A stretch of DNA of 63,894 bases, counting the filler, from Stramenopiles sp. TOSAG23-2 (taxonomy: Eukaryota), in NCBI GenBank assembly GCA_900128395.1. It is 4 parts of 4 records of this genome, joined end to end, with 100 filler letters (N's around TTAATTAATTAA, not from the genome) between each part and the next. Parts side by side here need not be neighbours in the genome. Positions count along the whole stretch, not along the records: positions 37,897 to 56,581 come from LT649601.1; 3 more parts are not named here. One strand, 5' to 3'. The first letter of the stretch is position 1, and each line of letters opens with the position of its first letter. The translations under genes were made by a program, and so were the position numbers. This document shows, one piece after another, positions 44,601 through 55,970 of this stretch. The notes under the pieces are model-generated. The model was given only the letters and a program-made list of their open reading frames with translations. It was not told the origin of the DNA and did no database searches.

Positions 44601-47600
44601 AAAGAAGTTACCAACCAGTTATTTAAGTTGAGGGAAGAGTTAAAACTAAAAGTTGAATTTCCAAGGCGATATGCACCATCACCATCTTTAAAAGTAGGTT
44701 CAATCAAATCATTTATGAAAAATGATTTTGCATGGGTTGCAAATGATATAAATAATCAAAGTTCGTCCTCCAGAACGTTTGAATTTCCTGTAGATATTGG
44801 TAATAATACGCTTATTGACAAAGAAAATATAATTGCATTGGCAAAGAAGCCGTTGCAAGTGATTGCATTTGATAAGTACATTCAATTTCACTCATATGCA
44901 GGTAGCAATGATACGTTAAGCAAATTGCCGTTCAAAATTGATGATCATCCATATGCACGCTCGCACATTGCCCGGCAAATGATTAATCGTCTCGATGAAG
45001 ATGTTGTTGTTCATTCTGATAATATGAAAAACGCAAAGTTTTCTGCTATACGAGGTTTGTCAAAAAGTGAAATAAAAGGTACGTTGGATGATGCAGCGAA
45101 AAGGAAAGAAGTTGTAGCATTGGTACAATCTTTAATGAAATCACTTAGGAAGCAAAAAGATATAGATGAATCCAACATTGCAAAATGTCTTACTTCTGCA
45201 CTTGGTTCGTTGAATAATGTTGTCAATTGTCAAATGAATAATCATGTCTCTGAACGACAAAAGCGTAGCTATCAGTTAGGTCAACATAGCGGGTTGTTTG
45301 CGAAAGGGACATTAGACGTTTTAGTTCAATGTTTGTTATCATCTGATGGAGAAGAAAATATAAAGTTAATAAATCCATTATTATCGGATGCAGAAGTCAA
45401 AAAAATATTAAATGCAACCGTTGGAATCCTGACTTTAGGTTGCCGTATTGCTCAAATATCTCGCTCTATGCTAAAAGTCCATGATTTAATCGATCTCTTG
45501 GAAGACTTTGATAAAAACTCGGCTATAACATCGCAAGATATTGTATTGAAGTCTAAAGATGTTTGCAAAGAATTATTATCCGGGCGACATTTTATGAAAG
45601 AAGATGATGGTGGCAAATCGCTTTTTTCGTTTGATCCTCGTTATCTTGTATTTGAATTTGCTCATAATATTTTATTACGTAAAGCACAAGTAGATTTAGT
45701 CAATAAGTTTGTTGATGCAATGAAAAATGATAGTTCGATGTGCCATCAAATGATTATGGGTGCTGGTAAAACAACTGTTGTGGGCCCATTATTATCTTTG
45801 ATTTTAGCTGATGGATATTCATTGGTTAGTGAAGTTGTCCCTCAAGCGCTTTTAGAATTTAGTCGCTCAACGTTGCGTGAAAGATTTTCCGGCGTCATAC
45901 GAAAAAGCATTTATACCTTTAAATTTACCAGAAGCGATCGACCTACTGTTGCGCTATATAATAAATTGAAGACGGTGAAAAGCTCAAAAAGTGTACTAGT
46001 AACAACTCCAACCGCTATTAAAAGCTTTCAATTAAAATTTATTGAAACATTACAAAAATTGGATGAGCTTAATGTCTATGAAAAAGAAAGAGAAGACTCT
46101 AATGGATTTTTCAGTTGGTTTACATCAGATGGAGAAGCTCAAAATTATGCAGATGCAAAGAAACATTTAAAATTTGAAGCAACTTTATGTAAACGTATAT
46201 TAGGACTTTTCAAGCAAGGAACTTTAATATTGGATGAAGTCGATTTGATTTTACATCCATTAAAAAGTGAACTGAACTGGCCAATCGGCAAAAAGGTTCC
46301 ATTGGATTTCTCTCGCAGTTCAGCAGGTGCTGGTTTGAGGTGGCAGTTACCATATCATTTGCTTGATAGTTTATTTTATTGGACTCGCGGCACGATGACA
46401 GTGCACTTTGAAGAAAGTAGGACAGCACTGAGCACACTGGAAGCAATCAAAAAATGTATTGATGAAGGTGTAAAAGATAAATTAGTTCAAACTACTCCAC
46501 ATCTTGTATTACTAGAAAAATCATTTTATGATCAAAAGTTAAAGACATTGCTAGGAAATTGGATGGTTGTGTGGCTAAATGCAAAGGAGACGATACCTAT
46601 GAATAATGAAAAATTGCACGAGTATCTTATGGTGGGTAAAAAAGCAAGTGAAGATGTTTTGAAATTGGTCAAAACAAAGTTGACCGATGCGGCTATTAAA
46701 ATGGTAAATCTTTCACATGAATGGCTCACGTCTGTATTACCATTTATATTAGGGAAGATTGATCGTGTCAGTTTTGGACTTTTATCAAATGCAGATGCAA
46801 AATTAATGAAAGAATCTGGCTTGTATTTATCACCAAATAGAATGCTCTTAGCCGTTCCATTTAATGGCAAAGATGTTCCTAGTAGATCATCGGAATTTGC
46901 CCATCCAGATGTAAAAATTGGTTTAACTATTTGTGCATACCGATTAGAAGGTTTAAGAATGAATGATTTCAAAGAGTTATTAAAATCAATATTAGACTCA
47001 ATGCGAGAGGAATATGGACCTGTCCTACAACGAAAATCTAGCCAATTGTGGGTCAAATGGATACATGGAACGGGGCGACGAGTACGAGGCACGCAAGTAC
47101 ATCTGGAGGAGAAAAAAGAAGAAGAAGAAGAATTTAAGAAGGACGAAGATGACATTTTACCTTTACACTTGATCGATTTCAACGACAATGTATACATGAA
47201 AACATTGCATGATATTCTTTATAAAGTTCCAAATTTAATAGAAGTGTACTTAAATACTATTGTTTTCCCTGAAACAATGCCACATCAAGAATCAAAATTG
47301 TCTAGTAGTGGGCAAGAATTAGGTGGTGATTTACTGTTTGGTAATAGGATTGGCTTTTCTGGCACGCCAAACGATTTGTTGCCAATTGAACTTGGAAAAT
47401 GCCATTTTGAACTTGGTGTAGATGGAAAAATTATGAATGTTTTGACTTCTGCAAAGTATTCATCTTCAAAGTTGCTGCCGTCTGATTGGACGATTAAAAG
47501 CGTACTTGATTTAGTTGCTAATGCAGCAAATCCCTCGTATCATGCATTGATCGATACAGGAGCTCTAATTACAGGAATGACAAATGCGGAAGTTGCGCGA

Positions 47601-50600
47601 TACTTGCTTTTAAGCGGTTTGGAAAGTAAAGATGGTGTAGTCTTTTTGGATGAACATGATCGAAAAATGATCTTGCTACGCCGTGGGATGCAAATTGTCC
47701 CATTGTCTCAGAGTGGATTAAGCAAAGATAGGCAATTTGCTTTTTACGATCAAATACATACAACTGGTATGGATATTAAGCACTGTATAAATGCAAAAGC
47801 TGCTTTGACGCTGGGTAAATCTATGACTTTCCGAGACTATGCACAAGGTGCATATCGTATGCGTGGAATAGGGAATGGGCAGACTATTGAAGTTTTGATT
47901 ATTCCGGAAATTGAAAAATTAATTAGAAAGACGATATCAGTTGGGACGACAAGTATTGCTGATTCGCCGAAAGGACAGCTTTATAACATATTGGCTTGGT
48001 TGATTTTAAATCAAATGAGATCTGAGCGTGTTCAGTTCCATGTACTCTGTGAGCAAAATATTGCAAATTTATGGAGAAAACGGACGTTTAATATCATGAA
48101 GCGAGATTTAGATAAGCTGACTGAAGATATATCAAGTGATGCGTCTCAACGTAAATTGAATGTATACCGAGAACGTATTGATTATACAGTCGAAAATACA
48201 GTCCCAGTCGATCATGACTTTATGGAGAAGGTAAAGAGGAATTTAAGTGAATATCGTGATATTTTGAAAGACAAAGATATAGAGGTTTTGGAAAAGATTA
48301 AAGCGTATTATATGGAGGCACGCTCGAAAGCAGTTGATAACAATGAAGGTGGTGTATTTAAAGAAAAGGCATTTCATGGAGAGCAAGAGCAAGAACAAGA
48401 GCAAGAACAGGAACAAGAGCAAGAACAAGAACAGGAGCAAGAACAGGAGCAAGAACAGGAACAAGAAGTGGTTTACGCTCCAGACAAAAAGCAATATAAA
48501 CGGACAGATGAAAGTCCAGTATCATGGTCTTCCAAATATTTAGGTGTTGCGCCGTCTAAGTCTTATCAAGGTTTTTACCCTTTATCTTCGTTTGGTGTCC
48601 CAAAGGCTTTGTTTGAAGACATGAAAACCCTTGCATTTCCAAGTTATATGTATATCAGTCGAAATTATTATAGATCAGAATGGTCGATGAACACCCACCG
48701 GCGCTTGAAAAATGTCATTATTGCCTTGGAGTGGGTGCCTGATGTTAATGAAGTGAAGCCATTGACAAATATGGAAACAAAATTATCGTCCGCGCAATTA
48801 GATATGCTAAAAGTTGCTTTTAATATGTTTGATACAAGTGGCACTGGGAAACTTGGGAAAGAGGAATTTCGAGATGTATTAAATGCTGTTGATGTTCCAG
48901 TGGAAAGTGCATCAATAAATACAAATGGTGGTACTAAAGAAGATGATGAGAACGAATTGATTACGAAACTATACAACTTAGTTGACCATCGAAAACGTGG
49001 TTTCATCGATTTTGAAGATTTGCAACGAATGATGGAAACCCAAATATATTCACAAAATACTGCAGGTAAATACTTTGTTGTGGTATCGCTTTCAGAGGCT
49101 GAAACACTTCGATCTATTCTTCATAGTGTGCAACATAAAACTATCAATGAGGGGAAATCTTCGTTTGCTTTGCGACTAGGCTCTACTATTATTGATAAAT
49201 CTACTACGCATGAATTTGCTGGTCCATATCAAACGGATACCGCATTGCAATGCTTGCGATTTTTAGATAGTGATACAAAATACGAAGAAAGAGACATATC
49301 GTTGCTCTTAAGAGCAATTCAGATCAACAAAAAAAAAGATAGACAAAAATGGTTTGAAAGTGTTAATTCCTGCCGTCGTCGACGACGTGTAAACTTGGGT
49401 GCTTCTTCATTACGTGTAGTATTTCAAACATCTGATGAGTTTTTTGTTTTACAAGATCGCGCGTTTATGTCACGTGTGCGAACTGCAATTAATTCACGTG
49501 GTTTATATGTATACGATGCATTCCGTGCATTTGATACAGATCGTAATGGTGTACTTGGATGTACTGAACTTTATAGTGGCATGTGCTGGCTTGGCTTGGC
49601 AGTTAAGCCGGAAGATATATATCGATTGATACGTCACATTGATTCGGACAATGATGGATATATATCTTTCTTCGATTTTAAATCTGCACTTGATATGTAT
49701 GCTGGAAATGTCTCTGTTGATAAATCTTTTAAAAAAGAAGAATTTAATTCTGTTGTGCCACAACAAAAAATCCAAGAATTTTATGAAATGGAAGATGGTG
49801 CAATACGAAAGACAAGTCGAAAGGTTAGCCAAGGAGAGTTGCAAAAATTTAGAGTCAGTCAGAAGCCAGCTATTGGTTATGAATGTGTATGGACAAGCCG
49901 TGGTACGATGAGTCGTGCCAAGTGTAGTATATGGATTCCAAATTTAAAACGAGGTTTCATGGCACCGAAGCATAAAAAGCGTATTTGCATTGGTTATTAT
50001 GCAAATATAGGTTACGGCGATCCTCGTAGTTCTGGTAGTATTGCTGGGATTGGTCTAAACCTATTAGAATTAACAGATTATACTCATGCGGGTGTGCGTT
50101 TTACCGGCAGTAAAATTATAACAATTGTCCGTGACAAATTTTGCCCGCATCCAATACGATTTCATCAAGTTTGGAGTCAATATAAAGGTGAAAAACCACT
50201 TTTTGCATGGGAACCTATACCACCATCAGAAGATTTTAGAAGCTTGGGTATGATCGTAACAACTAGTGATACTGCACCACCTTTAACATGCGTTAGATGT
50301 ATCCCAAAAAGATGGACAAAAAAATCTACAATTGTTCCACGATTGGTATGGAACGATGCAGGTACAGGTGGCCGTGCAGGTAGTATATGGATTGTTAACG
50401 AACTTGGTTTGATTTGGGTGAAAAGTGGTCATGATCCACCGGAAGGTCCATTTTATACGGTGAAAGGGGAAAAGTTTTATGTTGGTGGGCATGAACTTGA
50501 TGAAGAAACGGAGGATGATACATTGTCAGATTTTCAAAAAGCTCGTGCGGTAGTAAACAGTAGGAAAACATTAAATCCAGCAGAGGCAGCTAGGATAAGA

Positions 50601-50654
50601 GAGTTGATGATTGAGGAACAAAAGAAGGTCAGTGAACAAGGTGTTGGTATATAA
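38298..50654 (+). CDS. Giant protein (4118 aa): SH3, DUF3638/DUF3645 SF2-like P-loop ATPase region, EQ repeat, four EF-hands, Vps62-like C-terminus
   Basis: SH3 (VLFNYDP...DEL...GW..G...GIYPSNYV). QMIMGAGKTT, LDEVDLILHP, GFSGTP, DQIHTTGMD, QGAYRMRG. DUF3645-like AVPFNGKDVPSRSSEFAHPDV. EF loops DTSGTGKL, DHRKRGFI, DTDRNGVL, DSDNDGYI. WEPIPPSEDFRSLGMIVT. 12.3 kb without introns. Confidence 0.9.
48381..48467 (+). repeat. Coding GARCAR hexamer repeat, (EQ)14E
   Basis: GAGCAA/GAACAA/GAACAG units with synonymous variation. Confidence 0.95.
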
Positions 50655-51135
50655 TTTTTTGCATTTTTTTTATACGAGTATATACGAGAGTATATATATT
50701 ATATATACGAACTTCGTATGATATGTATATGCATAATATATACGATATCGTCGTCTCGTATATATATATTCAATATTTTTAAAAAAAACTTATTATACGA
50801 ATATACTTCGTATTTTTTTATACAAAAAAAAATACAAATAATATATTTTCATTATATAATTTTAAAATTTACGCATTAATTTATTTTAAATTATTTAATT
50901 TTATAAAAAAATAATAATATATCATATAAATATATATATTTATACGATTGGTATTCTCGATTTTGAGAATATCAACACACTAGTGTGAGATAGATTATTT
51001 CAGTTATTTTATTCTTTTGAAGAGTAGGAATTATCATGAGTAAATTAAAAATAAATTAATGCGTAAACTAAATTATTTATACGAACACTCGTAAAAAATA
51101 TTTTACAAAAAATATCTCTCGCTCTTTCTGTCTTC

Positions 51136-52332
51136 TCACAATCGATGTTTATAATTCAAACCACCTTGAAATTTAGTGAAAAGTCCACCACCCGTTGTTT
51201 GAATAAACATTTGTATCAATGCAACCAATACATCTGGGCAGTCCTCTTGGACAAAATGACCTGCATTTTCAAGTTGAATAATTGGAACATCACCATATAC
51301 AGCTCTAAAGCGTTGTGCTTTTTTTTCATTGAAAACTATAGCACGATCATGCTTGCCATATGCCAACCACACAGGTTTACCAGCAATTTTTGCAAAATCT
51401 TCTATTGATGTTTTTTCAGTTGGAAAACTTTGTGCTTCTGGTGATAAGGCTAATTGTCCACATGCTTCCATGGGGAAATTTAATGCACCAACAGCCGACG
51501 CTTCTGTTGGAAATTGTGAACTATATGCTCTGCACCAGGTATCCGTCATATTCTCTTCACTTTGAAATCCAACTAAATGTTTCATTGTTTGGACTACAGT
51601 GGAGCCAGAATTCAATAAGACTGTTTCCGTCCGTCCTTGTGGTGATCTACCATTACGATCCGAATATCGTGCTGGACATATATAATTTGGATCTTTTGGT
51701 AATCCATTCATAATCCATTGAAACCAACGTTGTCCTGGCTCTGCATTTCTTAATGCTAACATTTTTTCAAATCCTTGTCGCCCATATTTATCTCTAACAC
51801 CTGCCCTAGCAGTATTTTCATCTGTTGTCCTAGGAAAACCTATGCTTAAATAAAATATACGTGCAACTTTATCAGGTCGTCTTAAAGCATACTGTGTGCC
51901 AAGAATAACTCCCCAATCTTGAATGACTAATGTAACATTATCGACGTTTAAATGATCCAACAGATTCATTAAATTTAACGTATGACTACGTATACAATAC
52001 TCGCGGTCTGGTGGCGTCTCACTTTTTCCAAATCCCATATGGTCTGGAACAATAACACGGTGAGTTTTAGACAATGGAGTAATAAAATTTCGGTACAAGT
52101 ATCCCCATGTTGGTTCCCCATGGAGTAATACAATGGTTCCAGTAGATGCATTTTCAGATCCTTCCTCGACATAGTGTTGTTTGAATCCATTTCCATGGAA
52201 GAAGTGTGGTTGAAACGGCCAAGTACCATCAAAATCTTCATCTTCCGCTATGCAATCCAATGTTGGGTCACTGGAAAATGGAGGAATGGAGCGATTTCCT
52301 GGATACGTTTCAATTGTACCTTGTTCCGTCAT
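51136..52332 (-). CDS. Alpha/beta hydrolase, haloalkane dehalogenase-like
   Basis: HYVEEG, LLHGEPTWGYLY, VPDHMGFGKS, nucleophile motif QDWG, catalytic His in AGHFVQED. Confidence 0.85.
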   Translation of the reverse strand: MTEQGTIETYPGNRSIPPFSSDPTLDCIAEDEDFDGTWPFQPHFFHGNGFKQHYVEEGSENASTGTIVLLHGEPTWGYLYRNFITPLSKTHRVIVPDHMGFGKSETPPDREYCIRSHTLNLMNLLDHLNVDNVTLVIQDWGVILGTQYALRRPDKVARIFYLSIGFPRTTDENTARAGVRDKYGRQGFEKMLALRNAEPGQRWFQWIMNGLPKDPNYICPARYSDRNGRSPQGRTETVLLNSGSTVVQTMKHLVGFQSEENMTDTWCRAYSSQFPTEASAVGALNFPMEACGQLALSPEAQSFPTEKTSIEDFAKIAGKPVWLAYGKHDRAIVFNEKKAQRFRAVYGDVPIIQLENAGHFVQEDCPDVLVALIQMFIQTTGGGLFTKFQGGLNYKHRL

Positions 52333-52546
52333 TTTATTTTTATTGCCTTCTTTTTTGGCATATGTTTAATTTTTATTTCTGGGATATGGTAATGTATAAT
52401 ATAGATGATAGTTCTTTTGTGAGAATTATATTCTATATAATTCTCACATATATAGTCTAGATATTATGTTATATTTAATATAAATAACAATTTTTTCATA
52501 TTGCCAGAATATTATTGTTGTTCATGTTAGACAAAGAAGAATCTTT

Positions 52547-52603
52547 TATTTACTACAGACGCTTCTTCGCGAAGAAGCGTCGAGCAAGCTCGACTATTTA
52601 CTA
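52547..52603. repeat. 39-bp palindromic GC-rich insert flanked by 9-bp direct repeats TATTTACTA
   Basis: Perfect 24-bp palindrome GACGCTTCTTCGCGAAGAAGCGTC (52558-52581) overlapping hairpin GTCGAGC-AA-GCTCGAC (52579-52594); repeats at 52547-52555 and 52595-52603. Confidence 0.85.
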
Positions 52604-52881
52604 TATGTACCACTGTGGTATGCTGGTATTATATGCCTGGTAGGAGCGTAGCTCTACCTGGATTGCCAGATTGCGACGAAGTGCAAGACTGGAGTCGTCT
52701 GCACATCTCTCTGACGAAGACAAAAAACCCCGGAATATTTACATACTACAAAACCACAAAATTAAACACACACAAGGAAAAAGAAAAAATCATCATAGAT
52801 TATTTTATAGATATTTTATAGATAGTCTAGATAAATTTCAAATAAAGTATCGTAAAAAAACAAGAAAAGTAGACTGGACAC

Positions 52882-53715
52882 ATGGGATATTGGGGAGAAA
52901 TTACCTCGGATTATGATTTTTGTGAAAAAAATTATAAAGTTTCATTTTATGTAGCAGAATTCTTTTCTGCCTTTAGCTCAATTCCAATAATTATTTATGG
53001 CATGTATTTTTTAAATCAATGCGTACTTTACAAGCATGACTTTAAGATGTATTTATCAAGTATTGGTGTAATTGTTGTTGGCATTGGGTCGTTTCTATTT
53101 CATGGAACTATGAAAAGGACTGGGCAAATGCTCGATGAAATACCGATGCTATGGTGTTCGTTATTTATGCTTTACACATCTTTATCGTTATTTAAATTTT
53201 CAAATCCAAATTTTATACATTATATTGGAATTATATTATTATTTTTTGGGGGGTTTAATACCACATTATATTTTTATGGTGGTTTTGTATATTTTATAGT
53301 TAGCTATATAATAACTGTTGCTTTAGTAATTTTCACGACAGTTTATCATTCACAACAACAATCAAGTGATAAGATATTAAAGATGTTTGCATATTATGCA
53401 ATAGGATTTTATGCAGGCGGATTTTTTTTATTATGGATTCCGGAGCAAGTAGGATGTGGGAATCAACTTTTGCAGAATAATAATAATAATAGGGAGAATG
53501 ATAGTGGTTTTTCAAGTCTATCCGATTTGCCTGTACCACTTCATGCATTTTTTCATATTACTTCAGCTTTGGGTCCTTATTATTGGCTAACATTTGCGAT
53601 CTATAAAGATTTATATATTAATAAGAAAAGAAAAGTTAATATTACATATCCAATCAATTGTTTCTCTCTTGGCGTGAGACTACCAGTTGTTGAAGCAAGT
53701 GTAAAACAGGTTTGA
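52882..53715 (+). CDS. Alkaline ceramidase (ACER3/YPC1-like, CREST superfamily)
   Basis: GYWG..TS..DFCEKNY, AEF, GSFLFH, LDEIPM, HAFFH; about 7 TM helices. Confidence 0.92.
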   Translation: MGYWGEITSDYDFCEKNYKVSFYVAEFFSAFSSIPIIIYGMYFLNQCVLYKHDFKMYLSSIGVIVVGIGSFLFHGTMKRTGQMLDEIPMLWCSLFMLYTSLSLFKFSNPNFIHYIGIILLFFGGFNTTLYFYGGFVYFIVSYIITVALVIFTTVYHSQQQSSDKILKMFAYYAIGFYAGGFFLLWIPEQVGCGNQLLQNNNNNRENDSGFSSLSDLPVPLHAFFHITSALGPYYWLTFAIYKDLYINKKRKVNITYPINCFSLGVRLPVVEASVKQV

Positions 53716-53969
53716 ATTTTCAAAAAGCCGAAGATCATGCAAAAAAAGAAGCAGAAGGCAAAAGAGAGAAAAAAAAAGCGTCTACTTATTTAAAACTACT
53801 GTACCAAGTCAATACATATCCTATCATATATTGTATATATGCATATCATAGTCTATGTAATATTTATTTTTTAATATTATATATAAAAATAGCATATATA
53901 AAATGTTCTCTTACTCATATATGTATGTATAAAAATGTTCAAATTTTTATGATTGTGTGTACTTTTTTT

Positions 53970-55970
53970 TTATAGCATAATAATACTTGCAAATACACAA
54001 CTTAAAATCGTAGTTAAAGCTGTTGACGAGGATGAGCGGTTACTGCTATCCGCCTTTGTTGTATTATGTGTATCATCCTCTTTATTGTCGTTATCTTTTA
54101 AGCAGTCAGTGCCTGATTCACAGGGTATCGGACCAGTTGGAACCCCTCCACTATCTCCGATGTCTGGTAAGCCTGGTAAATTAACACCAACAACGTTTGT
54201 TGCGCATATGTCATCATATCTTGGACAAATAAATTTACCCAAGTATCCAGCGACTGTAATCTCCTGGCCATCTGAATAGCAATTGAATGGAATATATATA
54301 TCGTCCCTTTTACGCCTGATGGTTACTTGTATGGTATTATTGGCAAAACATTCCATTTGATAGCAATTCGGTTCATATTTATTATCGACCGGTGGTGTGT
54401 AACCGGCATCGAACAAACTTGAATAAGCACAAAATGATTTCATTCCAAATAAATCTCCCCTAGCTGTATCACCGTTTCCATTCCACTGTGCATCTTTACA
54501 ATCCGTATTGCTATACATAGTGTACATAGGGCAAAAATCAACATGTTGAATGATACCTCCTTTTGTGGGCTGTGATGGAAAATATTGAAAAATACTAGGT
54601 AGATCTGCTGGCCATGTAGAAGAAATGGCACAATATCCATAACCTGTTAAATCAAATGTGCATGACTGTTCATTAGGTGTGGAACAAAAAGTATATTTTG
54701 GAACTGACAAAGCTACACCCGTTGTGGGATTGATACATTTTTCATTCAAAAAATCACAACCTGCATTTCTACCAAACTTTAATGAATCTGCCATTGTATA
54801 ATTAGCTTTATACCATCCCGTATCTTCAAACAATGCTAGCGTAAATTTGGATACTCTATTACCAGAATAATGATTATCAGCTAGTGGGGACATCAACTCG
54901 TCGAACATAGTGCGCTCTTCCCAATGCGAACCGAGGCAACCACTACCGATTTGATCTTCCAACTCTGCGCCATTAATAGAGCTACAATTGTAATATGCAC
55001 GCGCTACTTCTTTCACTCTCTCTGTTGCTACCAAACGTACATTTTTACCACGTTTTGTTTCACTAGAAATAGTTGATGTACTTGGTACATCGATCGTTTG
55101 TGTAATAGGATTTGCTCCATTTGCACATGTATGCGATTGCAAAGCATGATTTGTAGTACGTTCCGAACCATCCGAATTACGCATCAAAGGCCAGGAATCT
55201 GAAGTAAACCCTAGTGCATGGGCTATTTCATGCTTTGCAGTTTTATATTGTTGCCAATAATTAGCGTCTGTATCGTCAACTTGATTTGGACAGAAATTAG
55301 AATAACCCATCACTGGTCTACCATTTGAATCTCTTCTACAATTAGCGGCATATGCTAAAGTGTCGCCACCACCATCCGAACTGCAGTCTGGTGTTGCGTC
55401 TGCTGTTACGTATAATATGTAGTCATATTCTGTTGTTCCTGCTCCGTCTTGTGCTGGTTTGTATTGCGGTTGCGGATCGTAAGCATGTTTATAATATGCG
55501 TGTCGGGCTATATACTTCGTATCAATGGGTATATCTCCACAAAGATTCTCTGCAACAGGCAGTACTTGAGCACACAAGTCGGTGGTTGTCCACACGTGTG
55601 TGCAAGTCCCTTCAACTAATAATTTGTCCGGGCGACGTATAGATAAAGCTTGGCGCCAGTATTCCACTGAATTTGGTAATAATTTATCTTTTAAAAAAAG
55701 TCTCTTTATCGTATTTAAAGGACTATTTTCGAATTTATAAATAACTAAAATTCGTAATGGATTCCATGGTACACTATTTAAATTTCTTCTTTTCGTTCCT
55801 TTTACATAGTCGAACTTTGAATATAAGTCAGGTTTTGTTGATAACTTTGGTGCTGTGTTAATTTTATCTTTCACGTGACTATGTATACATTTATGAGAGT
55901 ATACTTTGTAAATTGGTACAAAAACAGCAATTATAAATATTGTACTTGATATGATATTAAAGAATTTCAT
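53970..55970 (-). CDS. Leishmanolysin/GP63 (peptidase M8), secreted and probably GPI-anchored
   Basis: Signal peptide, propeptide HKCIH, HEIAHALGF, GAELEDQ.G.G..GSHWEER...ELM, TLALFEDTGWY, Cys-rich C-terminal half, S-rich spacer and hydrophobic tail. Confidence 0.95.
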   Translation of the reverse strand: MKFFNIISSTIFIIAVFVPIYKVYSHKCIHSHVKDKINTAPKLSTKPDLYSKFDYVKGTKRRNLNSVPWNPLRILVIYKFENSPLNTIKRLFLKDKLLPNSVEYWRQALSIRRPDKLLVEGTCTHVWTTTDLCAQVLPVAENLCGDIPIDTKYIARHAYYKHAYDPQPQYKPAQDGAGTTEYDYILYVTADATPDCSSDGGGDTLAYAANCRRDSNGRPVMGYSNFCPNQVDDTDANYWQQYKTAKHEIAHALGFTSDSWPLMRNSDGSERTTNHALQSHTCANGANPITQTIDVPSTSTISSETKRGKNVRLVATERVKEVARAYYNCSSINGAELEDQIGSGCLGSHWEERTMFDELMSPLADNHYSGNRVSKFTLALFEDTGWYKANYTMADSLKFGRNAGCDFLNEKCINPTTGVALSVPKYTFCSTPNEQSCTFDLTGYGYCAISSTWPADLPSIFQYFPSQPTKGGIIQHVDFCPMYTMYSNTDCKDAQWNGNGDTARGDLFGMKSFCAYSSLFDAGYTPPVDNKYEPNCYQMECFANNTIQVTIRRKRDDIYIPFNCYSDGQEITVAGYLGKFICPRYDDICATNVVGVNLPGLPDIGDSGGVPTGPIPCESGTDCLKDNDNKEDDTHNTTKADSSNRSSSSTALTTILSCVFASIIML

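Noticed and set aside
52705..52740. CTGACGA as a hammerhead ribozyme core
   Set aside because: No stem II followed by GAAA, and no matching stems I/III could be found.
3483..55970. Rieske oxygenase, dehalogenase and hydrolases as a catabolic gene cluster
   Set aside because: They lie on different contigs separated by spacers; linkage is unsupported.
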